Shown here in pieces: positions 1 through 11,439 of a stretch of DNA of 64,000 nucleotides. Within the stretch, counting starts at the first letter, position 1. Each line of letters begins with the position of its first letter. Below the pieces are notes generated by a model. That model saw nothing but the letters and a program-made list of their open reading frames with translations, was not told where the DNA came from and searched no databases. Source of the DNA: Torpedo marmorata (lineage: Eukaryota); NCBI GenBank assembly GCA_977017645.1, contig OZ360231.1, forward strand, positions 10,168,001 through 10,232,000, in the 5' to 3' direction. Position numbers and translations under genes: made by a program.

Positions 1-1058
1 ACCTCACAAAGTATAGCCTCTGGCAAGCCTTCTTTGAGATTGCATCAACGTGGGGGCTCCAGGAATTTGAAGTTCTTGACCCTCTCCACTACTGAGCCCT
101 CGATGAGGACTGGGTCGTGTTCCCCTGACTTCCTCCTGAAGTCCACAATCATCTCCTTGGTTTTGCTGACGTTGAGCGCAAGGTTGTTGTCGTTACACCA
201 TTCAACGAGCTGATCTATCTCCCTCCTGTACGCTTCCTCATTGCCGTTTGTGATCCTGCCAACAACTGTGGTGTCATTGGCAAACTTGTAGATGGCATTG
301 GAATTGTGCCTGGCCACACAGTCATGGGTGTATAATGAGTAGAGCAGTGGGCTAAGCACGCATCCTTGGGGTGAGCCTGTGTTGATAATCAGTGAGGAGG
401 AGACGTTGTTTCCAATTCGTACTGACTGTGGTCTTCTGATGAGAAAGTCAAGGGTCCAGTTGCAGAGGTGGGTACAGAGGCCTAGAGTTTGTAGCTTCTT
501 GACCAGCACTGAGGGAATAATGGTATTGAAGGCCGAACTGTAGTTGATGAAGAGCAGCCGTATGTATGAATTGCTGTTTTCGAGGTGATCCAGAGCTGAG
601 TGGAGAGCCAGCAATATTGCATCTGCTGTGGAGCGATTGTGACGATAGGCGAATTGCAGTGGGTCCAGATCTTTGCTTAGGTACGTATTAATTCTGGCCA
701 TGATCAGCCTCTCAAAGCATTTCATCACAGTAGAAGTTAGTGATACTGGAGGGTAATCGTTGAGGCAGCTCACACTACTCTTGGGTACCGGGATGATTGA
801 TGCCCTTTTGAAGCAGGTGGGAACCTCTGACTGCCGCAATAAGAGGTTGTAAATGTTCGTGAACACTCCGGCTAGTTGGTTGGCGCAGATTTTCAGTACC
901 CTGCCAGGTACGCCGTCAGGGCCTGACGCCTTGCAAGGGTTCACCCATTTGAATGATGTTCTGACGTCGCCCTCAGAGACAGATATCACAGTGTCCTCAG
1001 CCTTTTCAGGGATTCTAGTAGACACTGTTTGGTTCTTCTTCTCAAAGTGGGCATAGAA
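1..1058 (-). mobile_element. Rex1/Babar-clade LINE, 5'-truncated RT region, inserted at the end of the BEL gag; runs off window start
   Basis: ORF 45..1070 has [31 protein letters not shown] and YKFANDT (degenerate FADD); near-identical to copy at 7265-9619. Confidence 0.9.
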
Positions 1059-3231
1059 GATATGTAGCATTTTGGGATGCTTTTGACTACATATGTCGCA
1101 GCTGAATCACTTTTTGCTGATGTGTCCTTTACACGGACAGCCAAAACATACTCCATTTTCCTTCAAAAAAGCGATTTCTCACTATGCGTCTTCTTTTCCA
1201 ATTGTGCACACTTTTCCAAAGCATGCTTATCATTACAGAACAAACATTTCTTCACGGCAGGCAAATTTTCCTTTTCCTTAATTTCTTTATCCGCAACTGC
1301 CAGGGAGGTGGCAAATGTACTTAAAAAAAATTTTTGTTGAGGGTATGATTTAGACCTCTCAAGTTCTTTACTTACTGTTTGAGTGCCTTTAATATTTCCA
1401 TACACTGGATCTGTGACAACGTCCACTTGCCCTTCAATGAACTCCACCAAATCCTTAAAAATAGCCGATTCATCGCATCTTTTCTGGTATTCAAAAACTG
1501 AACTTCTCCATAGTTCTCTCATCCAGTCGGGTAATTTATTTTAAATGATTAGCATATTAGTAGATCTCCGTCATGACGTTGCAAAATCCTCTTACAAAGA
1601 GGGCATAAGCTTGAAAAGCCTTCGTGTCATCCGGTCTTATTGATGACCATGAAAGAGCCTTCTGTACATAAGCTGTAGCAATTTTATGCTTGTTGCCAAA
1701 ATGCTTCTTTAGTAAAAACGTAGCCTTTTCGAATCCTTCGTTCGGGGCCATATGATGCCAACTCTTTACAAGATCTTGTGGTTGTCCACTCGTGAACTGC
1801 TCCAAATAATATAGACAATCCTCCAAGTTTTGGCTCTTAATTTCAATACTGTGTTCAAACTTTTTCATAAACGCTTGGAATTGAAGTGGGTCACCATCAA
1901 AAACTGGAATCTTTCTTTTTAGCAGAGAAGAGAGAGACTGTAACTGAATTAACGATGCAGCCATTTCATCTTGCCTTCTCATGCCTGGGCATAAGTTACT
2001 TTGTTCACCCGGATTTCTGTTACCTGTCGGGAGCGGGTAGTATTCTGCTTCATAAGATGACATTAGGCTCACATCTCTGTCCACTGGGGTCGTTATTGGG
2101 CTTTGAGATTTGGCACCACCGTGCCTTAACCTGGCTTGTTCGGGACCATACATGTCTCGTAACCGTAACACTGGCTCTTCTTTGGTATTAAATATTTTCT
2201 TTTTCTGTTGTCCTTCCTCAAAACGTGACTCCAAAACGTTAGACACTTTAGATAATTTACTTCAAGCACCGGATACCTCTGAGCCTTCTAGTACCCTCGA
2301 CTTGGACTCATTAGCAGCTTTTTTTTTTTTCAATTCCATTTGCTCCTTTTGCCTCCTTAGCTGCTTCCTGGTTCTTCGTAGCTGTTCCTCATTTTTCCTT
2401 AGCTGTTCCTCCTGCTCTTCCTCTAGTTCTTCTAAGGCATAGTTATCCTTAAGCCATTCTCATTCTACTTCAAGAGCTGCCCTTTCAGCCTGTACTTTTA
2501 CACGTGAAGATGCAGTTCTTGAAACACTGGAGCTTGCTTTAGAACTCCTCTTGCTTCTCCTGCTTCCAGCATTTGATGCACTATATTCTGGTCGTATATC
2601 ATCCTGTATGTCAGATGTCGCCTTAATATCTGACTTTGTCTCCACTCTGGATTGCCCATCCTCCACACCACCATTTTGTGGCACATCTTCTGCCATTTCC
2701 ATGTGGCTGATCTTAGTTTCTATTAATGTTTTTTGCAGTAATTCTGTGGGATTTGTATTCTCAGCAGCCGTAACCTTCTGCTTTTCTATTGCCTCGTTCA
2801 GTCTCGCAAAGAGAAAAGCTTTATTTCCACTTATATCTAAGTGCAGCCATTGCAATCCTTCTTTAAGTTCCGTGACCTTCATCTTCTCAACACGTAGCTC
2901 CTCAGGGGCAGCAGCTTCAGCGGCGGCTGCCATATTATCCATTCAGCCGAACGTTGCACTCAGACATCAAACATGCACATCAATAACCAAAACCAAAACA
3001 GTCCTCAAAGGACCAGCGGCAGTTTCTCCTGTGTTCTAACTTGCAATAAACACACAGAAGGAATCCTTAGTAAGGCTTACCACTTCTTCAATGGCCTTGG
3101 TGCTGCTGTTGACGATCGTGCCTCCTTGAGTTCGAAATGCTCTAAACAGAGCCCAATCGATCCATTCCGAATTCCAAATCCAATTTCCAACTTTCTATTG
3201 TCTTAAATTCTGTTTTTTATTGACTAAAAAT
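1059..3231 (-). mobile_element. BEL/Pao LTR retrotransposon internal region, disrupted gag
   Basis: VFDGDPLQFQAFMKKFEHSIE / LYYLEQFTSG (DUF1759-type BEL gag); three Cys/His knuckles near 1065-1250 (CLFC..H..C, CFGC..GH, CDIC..HP); stop at 2460 and a poly-A frameshift near 2320-2330. Confidence 0.85.
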
Positions 3232-3630
3232 TGCAGCGACTATTTTCCTTTATAATCGCTTGAAGGATATCAGAATGTTGTTGTTGTCTATGACTCGTTC
3301 AAACAAATCCGTACTAAAGTTGAGTTGAGTTTCCAGAGTTTATTAAACATTGTTAACGTTATTATCAGTTGCTATACATTGTTACAAGCCGTTAAACGTT
3401 GTTAGATGGCGCTAAAATGTTGTTAGGCGGTCAATAAAAATTGTCGGACATTCTAATTCCTTACTATTTCATAGAACAAAGGAAACTAAACTAACATGTG
3501 TAATCTCTCTAACAAACCGTAAGACCTTGGCTCGAAGACATTGCAAGGAGACACTCAAAGAACATGTAAACAATCGCTTGAAAGCCACAAAACAGAATTT
3601 CCTTGCATGAAATACATTTTAACCCTTACA
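3232..3630 (-). mobile_element. 5' LTR of the BEL/Pao element
   Basis: Minus strand begins TGTAAGGG and ends GCTGCA (TG..CA); AATAAA near 3339-3344; directly upstream of the gag leader. Confidence 0.65.
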
Positions 3631-5171
3631 CAGTGCAGTAAACATTTACTATAATAAGACTTTCAAACACAAAAGTTTATTTAACATCTTCAGCACCGAA
3701 TAAAACGTCATAATCATCGGGATGAATGATATCATTGTACGGATCCTCTTCATCTGTGCTGTTTGTTTGTATCTACGCTGCTTCATCATCCCAGTCATCC
3801 CATAATCATCTTCTCTACCATCCAATGCATTCAAAATTCCACAATTCTTGAATGATTTGACAATAATGTCGGTTTTCATTTCCTTCCTTGAATCAATTAT
3901 CAATTCACAGATCTGATACAGTGATGGAGCCAGCATACTGCCTCCTTTTGTGTATGTTTTTTCTCCTTCATGCATCCAGTTACTCTACCTCTTTCTCATC
4001 ATGTTCTTAAATGGCCTATTGATACTAACATCCAATGGTTGCAAAATACTTGTAAGTCTGCCGGGAATGACAGCCACGTGAGTGTTTTCTAATCGAAGGT
4101 CATCAACAAAATTCTTCACTAGATGTGCCCTAAACTGATCCCAGACAAGCAAACTCTTTTTCTTGAATAGGCCACCAGGTCGCAACTTCCAAACTTCCTT
4201 CATCCATTTTATACATCCACCTTCATCTATCCAACCTTGTGGATGTACATGGACGACAATTCCCTTTGGCAATTTCTCCTTTGGCAGAGTTTTTCTCTTA
4301 AAAACAACCATCAGCTTTAATTTAGTACCATCAGCCATACAACAAAGAACTAAAGTAAGCCAACTTCTCTCGTGACCACTGGTTTTCACCAATACTGTTT
4401 TTTCTTCTTTTTTGTTCACTGTTCGATTCTCTGGTAAGTCAAGTGTAATTGATGTTTCATCCATGTTCCCAATGCATGATAACTTGTAGCCTTCCTTCTT
4501 CTGATGACTGATTACAAACTGGTGAAACAGTAATATTTTATCATCCAGAACAGCAGGCAGCTTTTGTGAAATCTTAGTTCTCTGCTGAAGTGTGAACCTC
4601 TTGCGCCATCCAGCACTTCCCGTAAAATCTGAAATTCCTTCCTTCCTTGCTTCCTACCATGAGTAACACATCTTCCATCTTGCCGATTTTCAATCACCCA
4701 CTCAGCAACTTTTTTTTCCAGTTGTGGCAACTTGCTAGATTTACCTGTCAGCACACTTTCTTTTCGGCATTGTCTAAGGTTTGTTTGATATCTTTCTCCA
4801 GTCTCTCACAAGTTTCTCTGATACACACATTGCTCTTGCTGCTTCAGTTATTTATCTTCTCAGCAATTTTAACAACCTGTAGTTTAAATGCTGCTTATAT
4901 ATTTGTTGTATTTTCTGGTGGGCATTTTGAAACAAAATGGAGGCAAAATTTTGAAACCACCAGTTTGAGAGGTTGTGACCTTCCTCGCGTTGACGCATTT
5001 TTACGCCAAATTTTTACATGCGATATCTGGAAAACACACGCTTTTTAGGCCAAAAAAGGGGGTGAGGGTCGACCTTTACACGGGTCATATGAAAAAACAA
5101 GATTTTTGGGCCAAAAAAAAGGGTTGAGGTCGATTATTACGCGGTATCGACGATTACACGAGCATATACGG
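3631..5171 (-). mobile_element. pogo/Tc2-type (POGK-like) DNA transposon with decayed transposase; 3' end interrupted by the BEL element
   Basis: DDE_1 motifs MDET, LLVWDQFRAH, LQPLDVSINRPFK (ORF 3985..4464); Tc5-HTH-like PQLEKKVAEWV; Brinker-like AAFKLQVVKIAE near the ATG at 4925; TIR CCGTATATGCTCGTGTAA with flanking TA at 5172-5173. Confidence 0.85.
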
Positions 5172-5698
5172 TAGTTATAACTATTATAAACTATTGAAGG
5201 GCTGTGAAGATTGGGGGAGAGGGATTAATTGGGATGAGCATCAAGCTGAACAGACTTCTTCTATTGGCCTGGAGATAGAAGCATATTCTAACTACTCACT
5301 GGGTAAAAAGGGTTTTTTGTGAATTCCTTATCAATGTTCTGATGTTTGTGCTTATTACCTATAGTTTTGCAGTCCCAACCTCCAAACACGGAATAAGCTT
5401 CTTTTCATTGACTTTATCAAACATCTCCATAATTCTGAAAAACTCTATCATATCCTTTTTTCTGGAGAAGAATGATCCTGTCAACATCATTTATAACTTT
5501 CCAGCCTTGATATCATTTTTTAAAATCTTTTTTTGAAGTGTTATCAATGTTTTTACATTAAATGCAGACCAGAACTGAAGACAATGCTCTCAGTACAGTT
5601 CTATTCAAAGTTTACAGAATTTATTTTCTTATCAATTCAATTTGTCCAAAAATTAAACCCAGGGTACTTTGTTTGCTTTTCTCCTTTGTCAGATCAAC

Positions 5699-5935
5699 TC
5701 AGCACGGTTAGCGTAGCGGTTAGCGCGACGCTATTACAGCACTGGCAACCCGGGTTCGAATCCAGTGCTGTCTGTAAGGAGTTTGTACGTTCTCCCAGTG
5801 TCTGTGTTGGTTTTCTCCGGGTGTTCTGGTTTCCTCCCATCTCTAAACGTACAAGGTTGTAGGTTAATTTGAGTGTAATTGGGTGGCAAGGGTTTAAATG
5901 GCCGGAATTGGCTTCTACTTTGCTGTAAATAAAAT
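5699..5935 (+). mobile_element. tRNA-derived V-SINE (HE1-like)
   Basis: A box TAGCGTAGCGG, B box GGTTCGAATCC, V-core GGAGTTTGTACGTTCTCCC...GGTTTCCTCCCA. Confidence 0.85.
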
Positions 5936-6040
5936 TTAACTCCCCTACCTAATTTTTTAAAAAACAAACCTATGTTAACATCGTTAAAATCCAAAGAAAA
6001 GAAATGGTACAGTTAATTATAAAGGTTACTGATCACTAAC

Positions 6041-6124
6041 CTGAGGTTTCTAATATCATTAGGAATGTGGGAAATCTTGTTGTAGGCAACATTAAGTGAC
6101 TGAAGATGTGGTAAGAGGAATAGC
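6041..6124 (-). CDS. LRRC63: LRRC63-like coding exon, 84 nt, phase 2-2: (G)LFLLPHLQSLNVAYNKISHIPNDIRNL(R)
   Basis: ttacAG acceptor at 6125-6126, GTTAGT donor at 6035-6040; LRR motif; phase fits exon 25175-25311; resembles the recalled LRRC63 segment GLFSLSYLEELDVSYNELTFIPNEIQKLR. Confidence 0.85.
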
Positions 6125-7264
6125 CTGTAAAGAAAAAGTCCATATTTTTTTTAAGATTGTTCCTTCTAAGAATATGAAAAAAGATTGAGAGGTTGGAGCT
6201 AGAGCATGGTAAACACTGTCTAAAGCACAATAACAGGTCTAAATGACTAATAACTGGTGGCTCTGACATCCACCATCATGAAGTTCTTTGAGAGGCTGGT
6301 CATGGTTTCCATCAAATCTAGTCTCTCAGCCAGACCTACTTCAATTTGCCTACCATCCAAACAGGTCTTCAAATCAGCCCTGGAACACCTGGACAAGAAG
6401 GATATCTATGTTAGACTACTATTCATTGATTACAGCTCTGCCTTCAATACCATAGTCCCCATCAAAGTCATCCCCAAATTTCAAGATCTTGGCCTCAGCA
6501 CCCCACTCTGCAACTGGATCCTTGACTTTCCGTTTAACAGACCGCCATCAATGAGGGTGGGTGGCAATGTCTCCTTCATGACCACACGACACTGAGGCAC
6601 CACAAGCATGTGTACTCACTCACCAACTAACCTCCCGCTACACACACAATTCAATTTTTAAGTGAAGACAGTAGATAGTTTAAAGTTCTTGGGAGTAGAC
6701 ATTTCCAGTGGCCAGACCTGGACCAACCATGTTGACGTGACGGTCAAGAAAGCACATCAACACCTCTTCTTCCTTAGAAGTTCGATATGTACTCCATGTC
6801 AATGACTACCGCCCTGTCGCACTCACATCTACTGTCATGAAGTGCTTCGAGAGACTCATCATGGGGAACATCAAACTTCTGCTGCCCCCCTCACTGGACC
6901 CCCTGCAGTTCGCATATAGATCAAACCGCTCTACGGATGATGCCATCATTACCACCCTCCATCTAGCCCTCACCCACCTGGAAAATAAGGACGCGAATGT
7001 TCGAATGCTGTTTATTAACTTCAGCTCGGCATTCAACACGATCATACCTCAGTACCTGATAGGGATGTTGAGCGGGCTGGGCCTAAACAACACCCTCTGT
7101 AATTGGATTCTAGACTTCCTGACAGGAAGACCTCAGGCAGTCTGGATTGGAAACAGCACTTCCAAGGTCATTACATTGAGCACAGGGGCTCCCCAGGGCT
7201 GTGTGCTTGGTCCATTGCTGTTCACTCTGCTGACTCATGACTGTGCAGCAAAACACAGCTTGAA

Positions 7265-9619
7265 CTGGAGGGACTGAGCACTGTGATAAACAGCCATGAG
7301 ACAGCACATCCTGATGCCTTCCCGATCATTGTGGGAGACTTCAATCAGGCCAACCTGAAGAAGTCACTGACAAACTACCACCAACACATCACTTGCGAGA
7401 CCAGGGGAACCAACACACTCGACCACTGCTACACCACCGTGAAGAACGCATACCGAGCCATACCACGACCGCACTTCGGCAAGTCTGATCACCTGGCTGT
7501 ACTTCTACTCCCGGCGTACAAGCAGAGACTAAAGTCCACAACAACAGTGGAGAGGACAGCGAAAGTGTGGTCAAGGGAGGCGGAGGAGCGTCTGCAGGAC
7601 TGCTTTGACTCGGTGGACTGGAACATATTCAAGCACTCAGCCATAGACATAAATGAATATGCAACAGGTGTCACCGACTTCATCAAGACCTGCGTGGATG
7701 AGTGTGTGCCCACGCGCAAATACCGGGTGTTCCCCAACCAGAAGCCCTGGATGAATCAAAGAATTCGCAACTTGCTGAGGACGAGAACAAGGGCGTTTAA
7801 AGACGGGGACCGGGATCTTTACAAAAAGTCCAGGCACGACCTGCGGAAGGCCATCTCTGAAGGAAAGTGGCAATTCCGAAGGAAGCTAGAGACAGAGACA
7901 GATACACGCCAGCTATGGCAGGGAGTGCAGGCCATTACAGCCTACAAAACGAGGGCGAACACTATAGACGGCTGTGATGCTTCACTACCCGATGAGCTGA
8001 ACACCTTCTATGCCCGCTTTGAGAAGAAGAACAAAACGGTGCCTAATAGAATCCCTGAGAGGGCAGAGGACCCTGTGATATCTGTCTCTGAGGGCGACGT
8101 CAGAACATCATTCAAGAGGGTGAACCCTCGCAAGGCGTCAGGCCCTGACGGCGTACCTGGCAGGGTATTGAAAATCTGCGCCAACCAACTAGCCGGAGTG
8201 TTCACGGACATTTTCAACCTCTCATTGCGGCAGTCAGAGGTTCCCACCTGCTTCAAAAGGGCATCAATCATCCCGGTGCCCAAGAAGAGTAGTGTGAGCT
8301 GCCTCAACGACTATCGCCCAGTAGCACTAACTTCTACGGTGATGAAATGCTTTGAGAGGCTGGTCATGGCCAGAATTAACACATACCTAAGCAAAGATCT
8401 GGACCCACTGCAATTCGCCTATCGTCACAATCGCTCCACAGCAGATGCAATATCGCTGGCTCTCCACTCAGCTCTGGATCACCTCGAAAACAGCAATTCA
8501 TACATACGGCTGCTCTTCATAGACTACAGCTCGGCCTTCAATACCATTATTCCCTCAGTGCTGGTCAAGAAGCTACAAACTCTAGGCCTCTGTACCCCAC
8601 TCTGCAACTGGATCCTTGACTTTCTCATCGGAAGACCACAGTCAGTACGAATTGGAAACAACGTCTCCTCCTCACTGATTATCAACACAGGCGCACCCCA
8701 AGGATGCGTGCTTAGTCCACTGCTCTACTCGCTATACACTCATGACTGTGTGGCCAGGCACAATTCCAATGCCATATACAAGTTTGCCGATGACACCACA
8801 GTTGTCGGCAGAATCACAAACGGCAATGAGGAAGCGTACAGGAGGGAGATAGATCAGCTCATTGAATGGTGTAATGACAACAACCTCGAGCTCAACGTCA
8901 GTAAAACCAAGGAGATGATTGTGGACTTCAGGAGGAAGTCAGGGGAACACAACCCAGTCCTCATCGAGGGCTCAGTCGTGGAGAGGGTCAAGAACTTCAA
9001 ATTCCTGGGTGTCAACATCTCCGAGGATCTGTCCTGGAGCATCCACGTGGATGCAATCACAAAGAAGGCTCGTCAGCGGCTATACTTTGTGAGGCGATTG
9101 CGGAGATTCGGTATGTCGCCAAAGACTCTCGTGAACTTCTACAGGTGTACCGTGGAGAGCATTCTAGCTGGTTGCATCACTGCCTGGTATGGTGGTGCCA
9201 ACTCCCAGGACAAGAGCAAACTCCAGAAGGTTGTTACCTCGGCCTGTGACATCACGGGCACCAAACTTCACTCCATCGAGGACATCTACATGAGGCGATG
9301 TCTTAATAAAGCAGCCTCTATCCTCAAGGACCCCCACCACCCAGGCCATGCCCTCTTCACGCTGCTTCCATCGGGGAAAAGGTACAGGAGCCTAAAGACG
9401 AGCACTCAACGGCACAAGGTCAGCTTCTTCCCTGCTGCCATCAGATTCCTGAACAATCAATGAACCAAAGACACTAGTGCACTATTGTTTATAATTTTTA
9501 TATAGTAATGTCGTTAGAATGGTTAATATGAATGTTAATTGCACTATGATGCTGCCGCAAAGCACCGAATTTCATGACTTGTTCATGACAATAAATTCTG
9601 ATTCTGATTCTGATTCTGA
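7265..9619 (+). mobile_element. Young 5'-truncated Rex1/Babar LINE with (ATTCTG)n tail
   Basis: Uninterrupted 726-aa ORF; 3' end AATAAATTCTGATTCTGATTCTGATTCTGA; TGAA at both junctions. Confidence 0.92.
7283..9463 (+). CDS. Rex1/Babar ORF: C-terminal part of AP-endonuclease plus complete reverse transcriptase (N-terminally truncated)
   Basis: IVGDFN, TLDHCY, SDH (APE); [35 protein letters not shown] (RT). Confidence 0.85.
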   Translation: MINSHETAHPDAFPIIVGDFNQANLKKSLTNYHQHITCETRGTNTLDHCYTTVKNAYRAIPRPHFGKSDHLAVLLLPAYKQRLKSTTTVERTAKVWSREAEERLQDCFDSVDWNIFKHSAIDINEYATGVTDFIKTCVDECVPTRKYRVFPNQKPWMNQRIRNLLRTRTRAFKDGDRDLYKKSRHDLRKAISEGKWQFRRKLETETDTRQLWQGVQAITAYKTRANTIDGCDASLPDELNTFYARFEKKNKTVPNRIPERAEDPVISVSEGDVRTSFKRVNPRKASGPDGVPGRVLKICANQLAGVFTDIFNLSLRQSEVPTCFKRASIIPVPKKSSVSCLNDYRPVALTSTVMKCFERLVMARINTYLSKDLDPLQFAYRHNRSTADAISLALHSALDHLENSNSYIRLLFIDYSSAFNTIIPSVLVKKLQTLGLCTPLCNWILDFLIGRPQSVRIGNNVSSSLIINTGAPQGCVLSPLLYSLYTHDCVARHNSNAIYKFADDTTVVGRITNGNEEAYRREIDQLIEWCNDNNLELNVSKTKEMIVDFRRKSGEHNPVLIEGSVVERVKNFKFLGVNISEDLSWSIHVDAITKKARQRLYFVRRLRRFGMSPKTLVNFYRCTVESILAGCITAWYGGANSQDKSKLQKVVTSACDITGTKLHSIEDIYMRRCLNKAASILKDPHHPGHALFTLLPSGKRYRSLKTSTQRHKVSFFPAAIRFLNNQ

Positions 9620-11439
9620 ATCACATCATCAAGTTCGCTGATGATACAACCGTGGTGGGCCTTATCATCAAGAACGATGAGTCAGCATACAGAGATGAGG
9701 TGCAGTCGCTAATGGAATGGTGCGGAGCCAACAAGCTGCATCTGAATGTAAATAAAACAAAAGAGTTGGTTGTCGACTTCAGGAGAGCCCGGGGGATCAT
9801 TCTTCATTGACCATGGACGGCTCTACCGTTGAGGTCGTAAAGAGTACCAAGTTTCTTGGAGTGCACTTGGCGGAGAATCTCACCTGGTCCCTCAACACCA
9901 GTTCCATAGCCAAGAAAGCCCAGCAGCGCCTTTACTTCCTGCGAAGGCTGAGGAAAGTTCATCTTCCACCCTCTATCCTTACTACATTCTACAGGGGATG
10001 TATTGAGAGTATTCTGAGCAATTGCATCATCGCTTGGTTTGGAAACTGTACCATCTCGGACCGAAAGACCCTGCAGAGGATAGTGGGGTCAGCGGAGAAA
10101 ATTATTGGTGTCTCTGTTCCCACCATGATGGACATTTACAACACACGATGCATGAGGAAGGCTAATAACATTGTGAAGGACTTCTCACACCCCTTTTGTA
10201 AACTTTTTTCCCTTTTGCCATCTGGAAGGAGGTACTGAAGCACTCGGGCTCGTACGTCCAGATTGTGCAACAGTTTTCTCCACCAAGCTATCAGGCTCCT
10301 CAATTTTTAGATATATATGTGTATTAGTATGTTATAGTTTTTTTTATTGTATTATGATATTTATGTACATTTGCCCATGGTCCTGGAGAAATGCTATCTT
10401 GTCTTACTGTGTATATGGTAATGAACGACAAATAAAGGTGACTTGACTTGACTTGATGTCCTTAACTTCTACAGATGCACCACCAAATGCATCCTTGCTG
10501 GATGTATCACAGCATGGTATGAGAGATTCTCTGCCCAAGAGTAGAAGAACCTGCAGAAGGCACATCATGCAAATATCCCTCCCCTCCATCTACACTTCCC
10601 ACTGCCTCGGAAAGGCAGCCAACATACTGAAGGACCCACCCTGCCCTGGACACACTCTCTTTTCCCTCTTCCCGATGGAGAGAAGGTTCAAGAATACTAA
10701 ATCGCGCACCAACAGGCTATTTATTTCCCGCAGCCATCAGTCTCTTGAATGAACCTCACAACAGTGATAACAGGCTGCCCTTGCTATGTGTTTGTTCATC
10801 TTTTCACTGTAACACTCTACTCTGTAATTGTGCTTTTGTTTTTCTACTTTGAACTGCTGAATTCATATTAGAGTTAACTTGCTAGGCTGTTCACAAAAGA
10901 ATCTTTCTCACTGTACCAGGTATAATGTGACAATAAAATTGAATTGTAACTAAAGTAAGAACAATCCCCATTTGCTATATGCTACATAGTGTGATTCAAC
11001 AGTAATGCATTACATTAGTTTTTACATTAGAAGTCAGAATATAGTAATGGAAACTAACACTAACACTGCAACTAATTGTTGATATCTTTGCTCCTATAAT
11101 TATGGGCTTTTGTGCATCCTCAGTTTTCATTGTCCCACTATTGTGGTTTCAATGCCCAAGGTTTTAAACTCCAGATTTAACTTTCTTAAGCCTCTCTTTT
11201 GAGATGTTAATTAAAATGCAATATTAATTTAAGCTTTGGCCGAGTTTCTGGCTACTTTTCCAAAACCATGTGACTAGGAACAGAAAAAAAATGACAGAAA
11301 ATTGGAATTGCACATTTTCAACAGGAGGAGGACTAATTTCAATGAGCTTAAAGGAGATCTGGTCCAAGTAAACTGGAATCACCAAATGGTGTTAAACTGT
11401 TCAGGTAGAATAGGAGACTTTCAGATGTTTGGATACAGG

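Larger units (their letters stand above)
6796..10454 (+). mobile_element. Rex1-like LINE subfamily with (GACTT)n tail, interrupted by a younger Rex1 at 7265-9619
   Basis: ORF 6837..7277 reads ..AKHSLN and resumes HIIKFADD at ~9620; tail AATAAAGGTGACTTGACTTGACTT. Confidence 0.85.
6256..10950 (+). mobile_element. Old degenerate Rex1-like LINE split by nested insertions (own pieces ~6256-6795 and ~10455-10950)
   Basis: ORFs 6257..6595 ([11 protein letters not shown]) and 10453..10752 (KAANILKDP..PGH); ends TGACAATAAAATTGAATTG. Confidence 0.7.

Noticed and set aside
5699-5775. tRNA genes here and at 24408
   Set aside because: A/B boxes continue into a V-SINE core, so these are SINE heads
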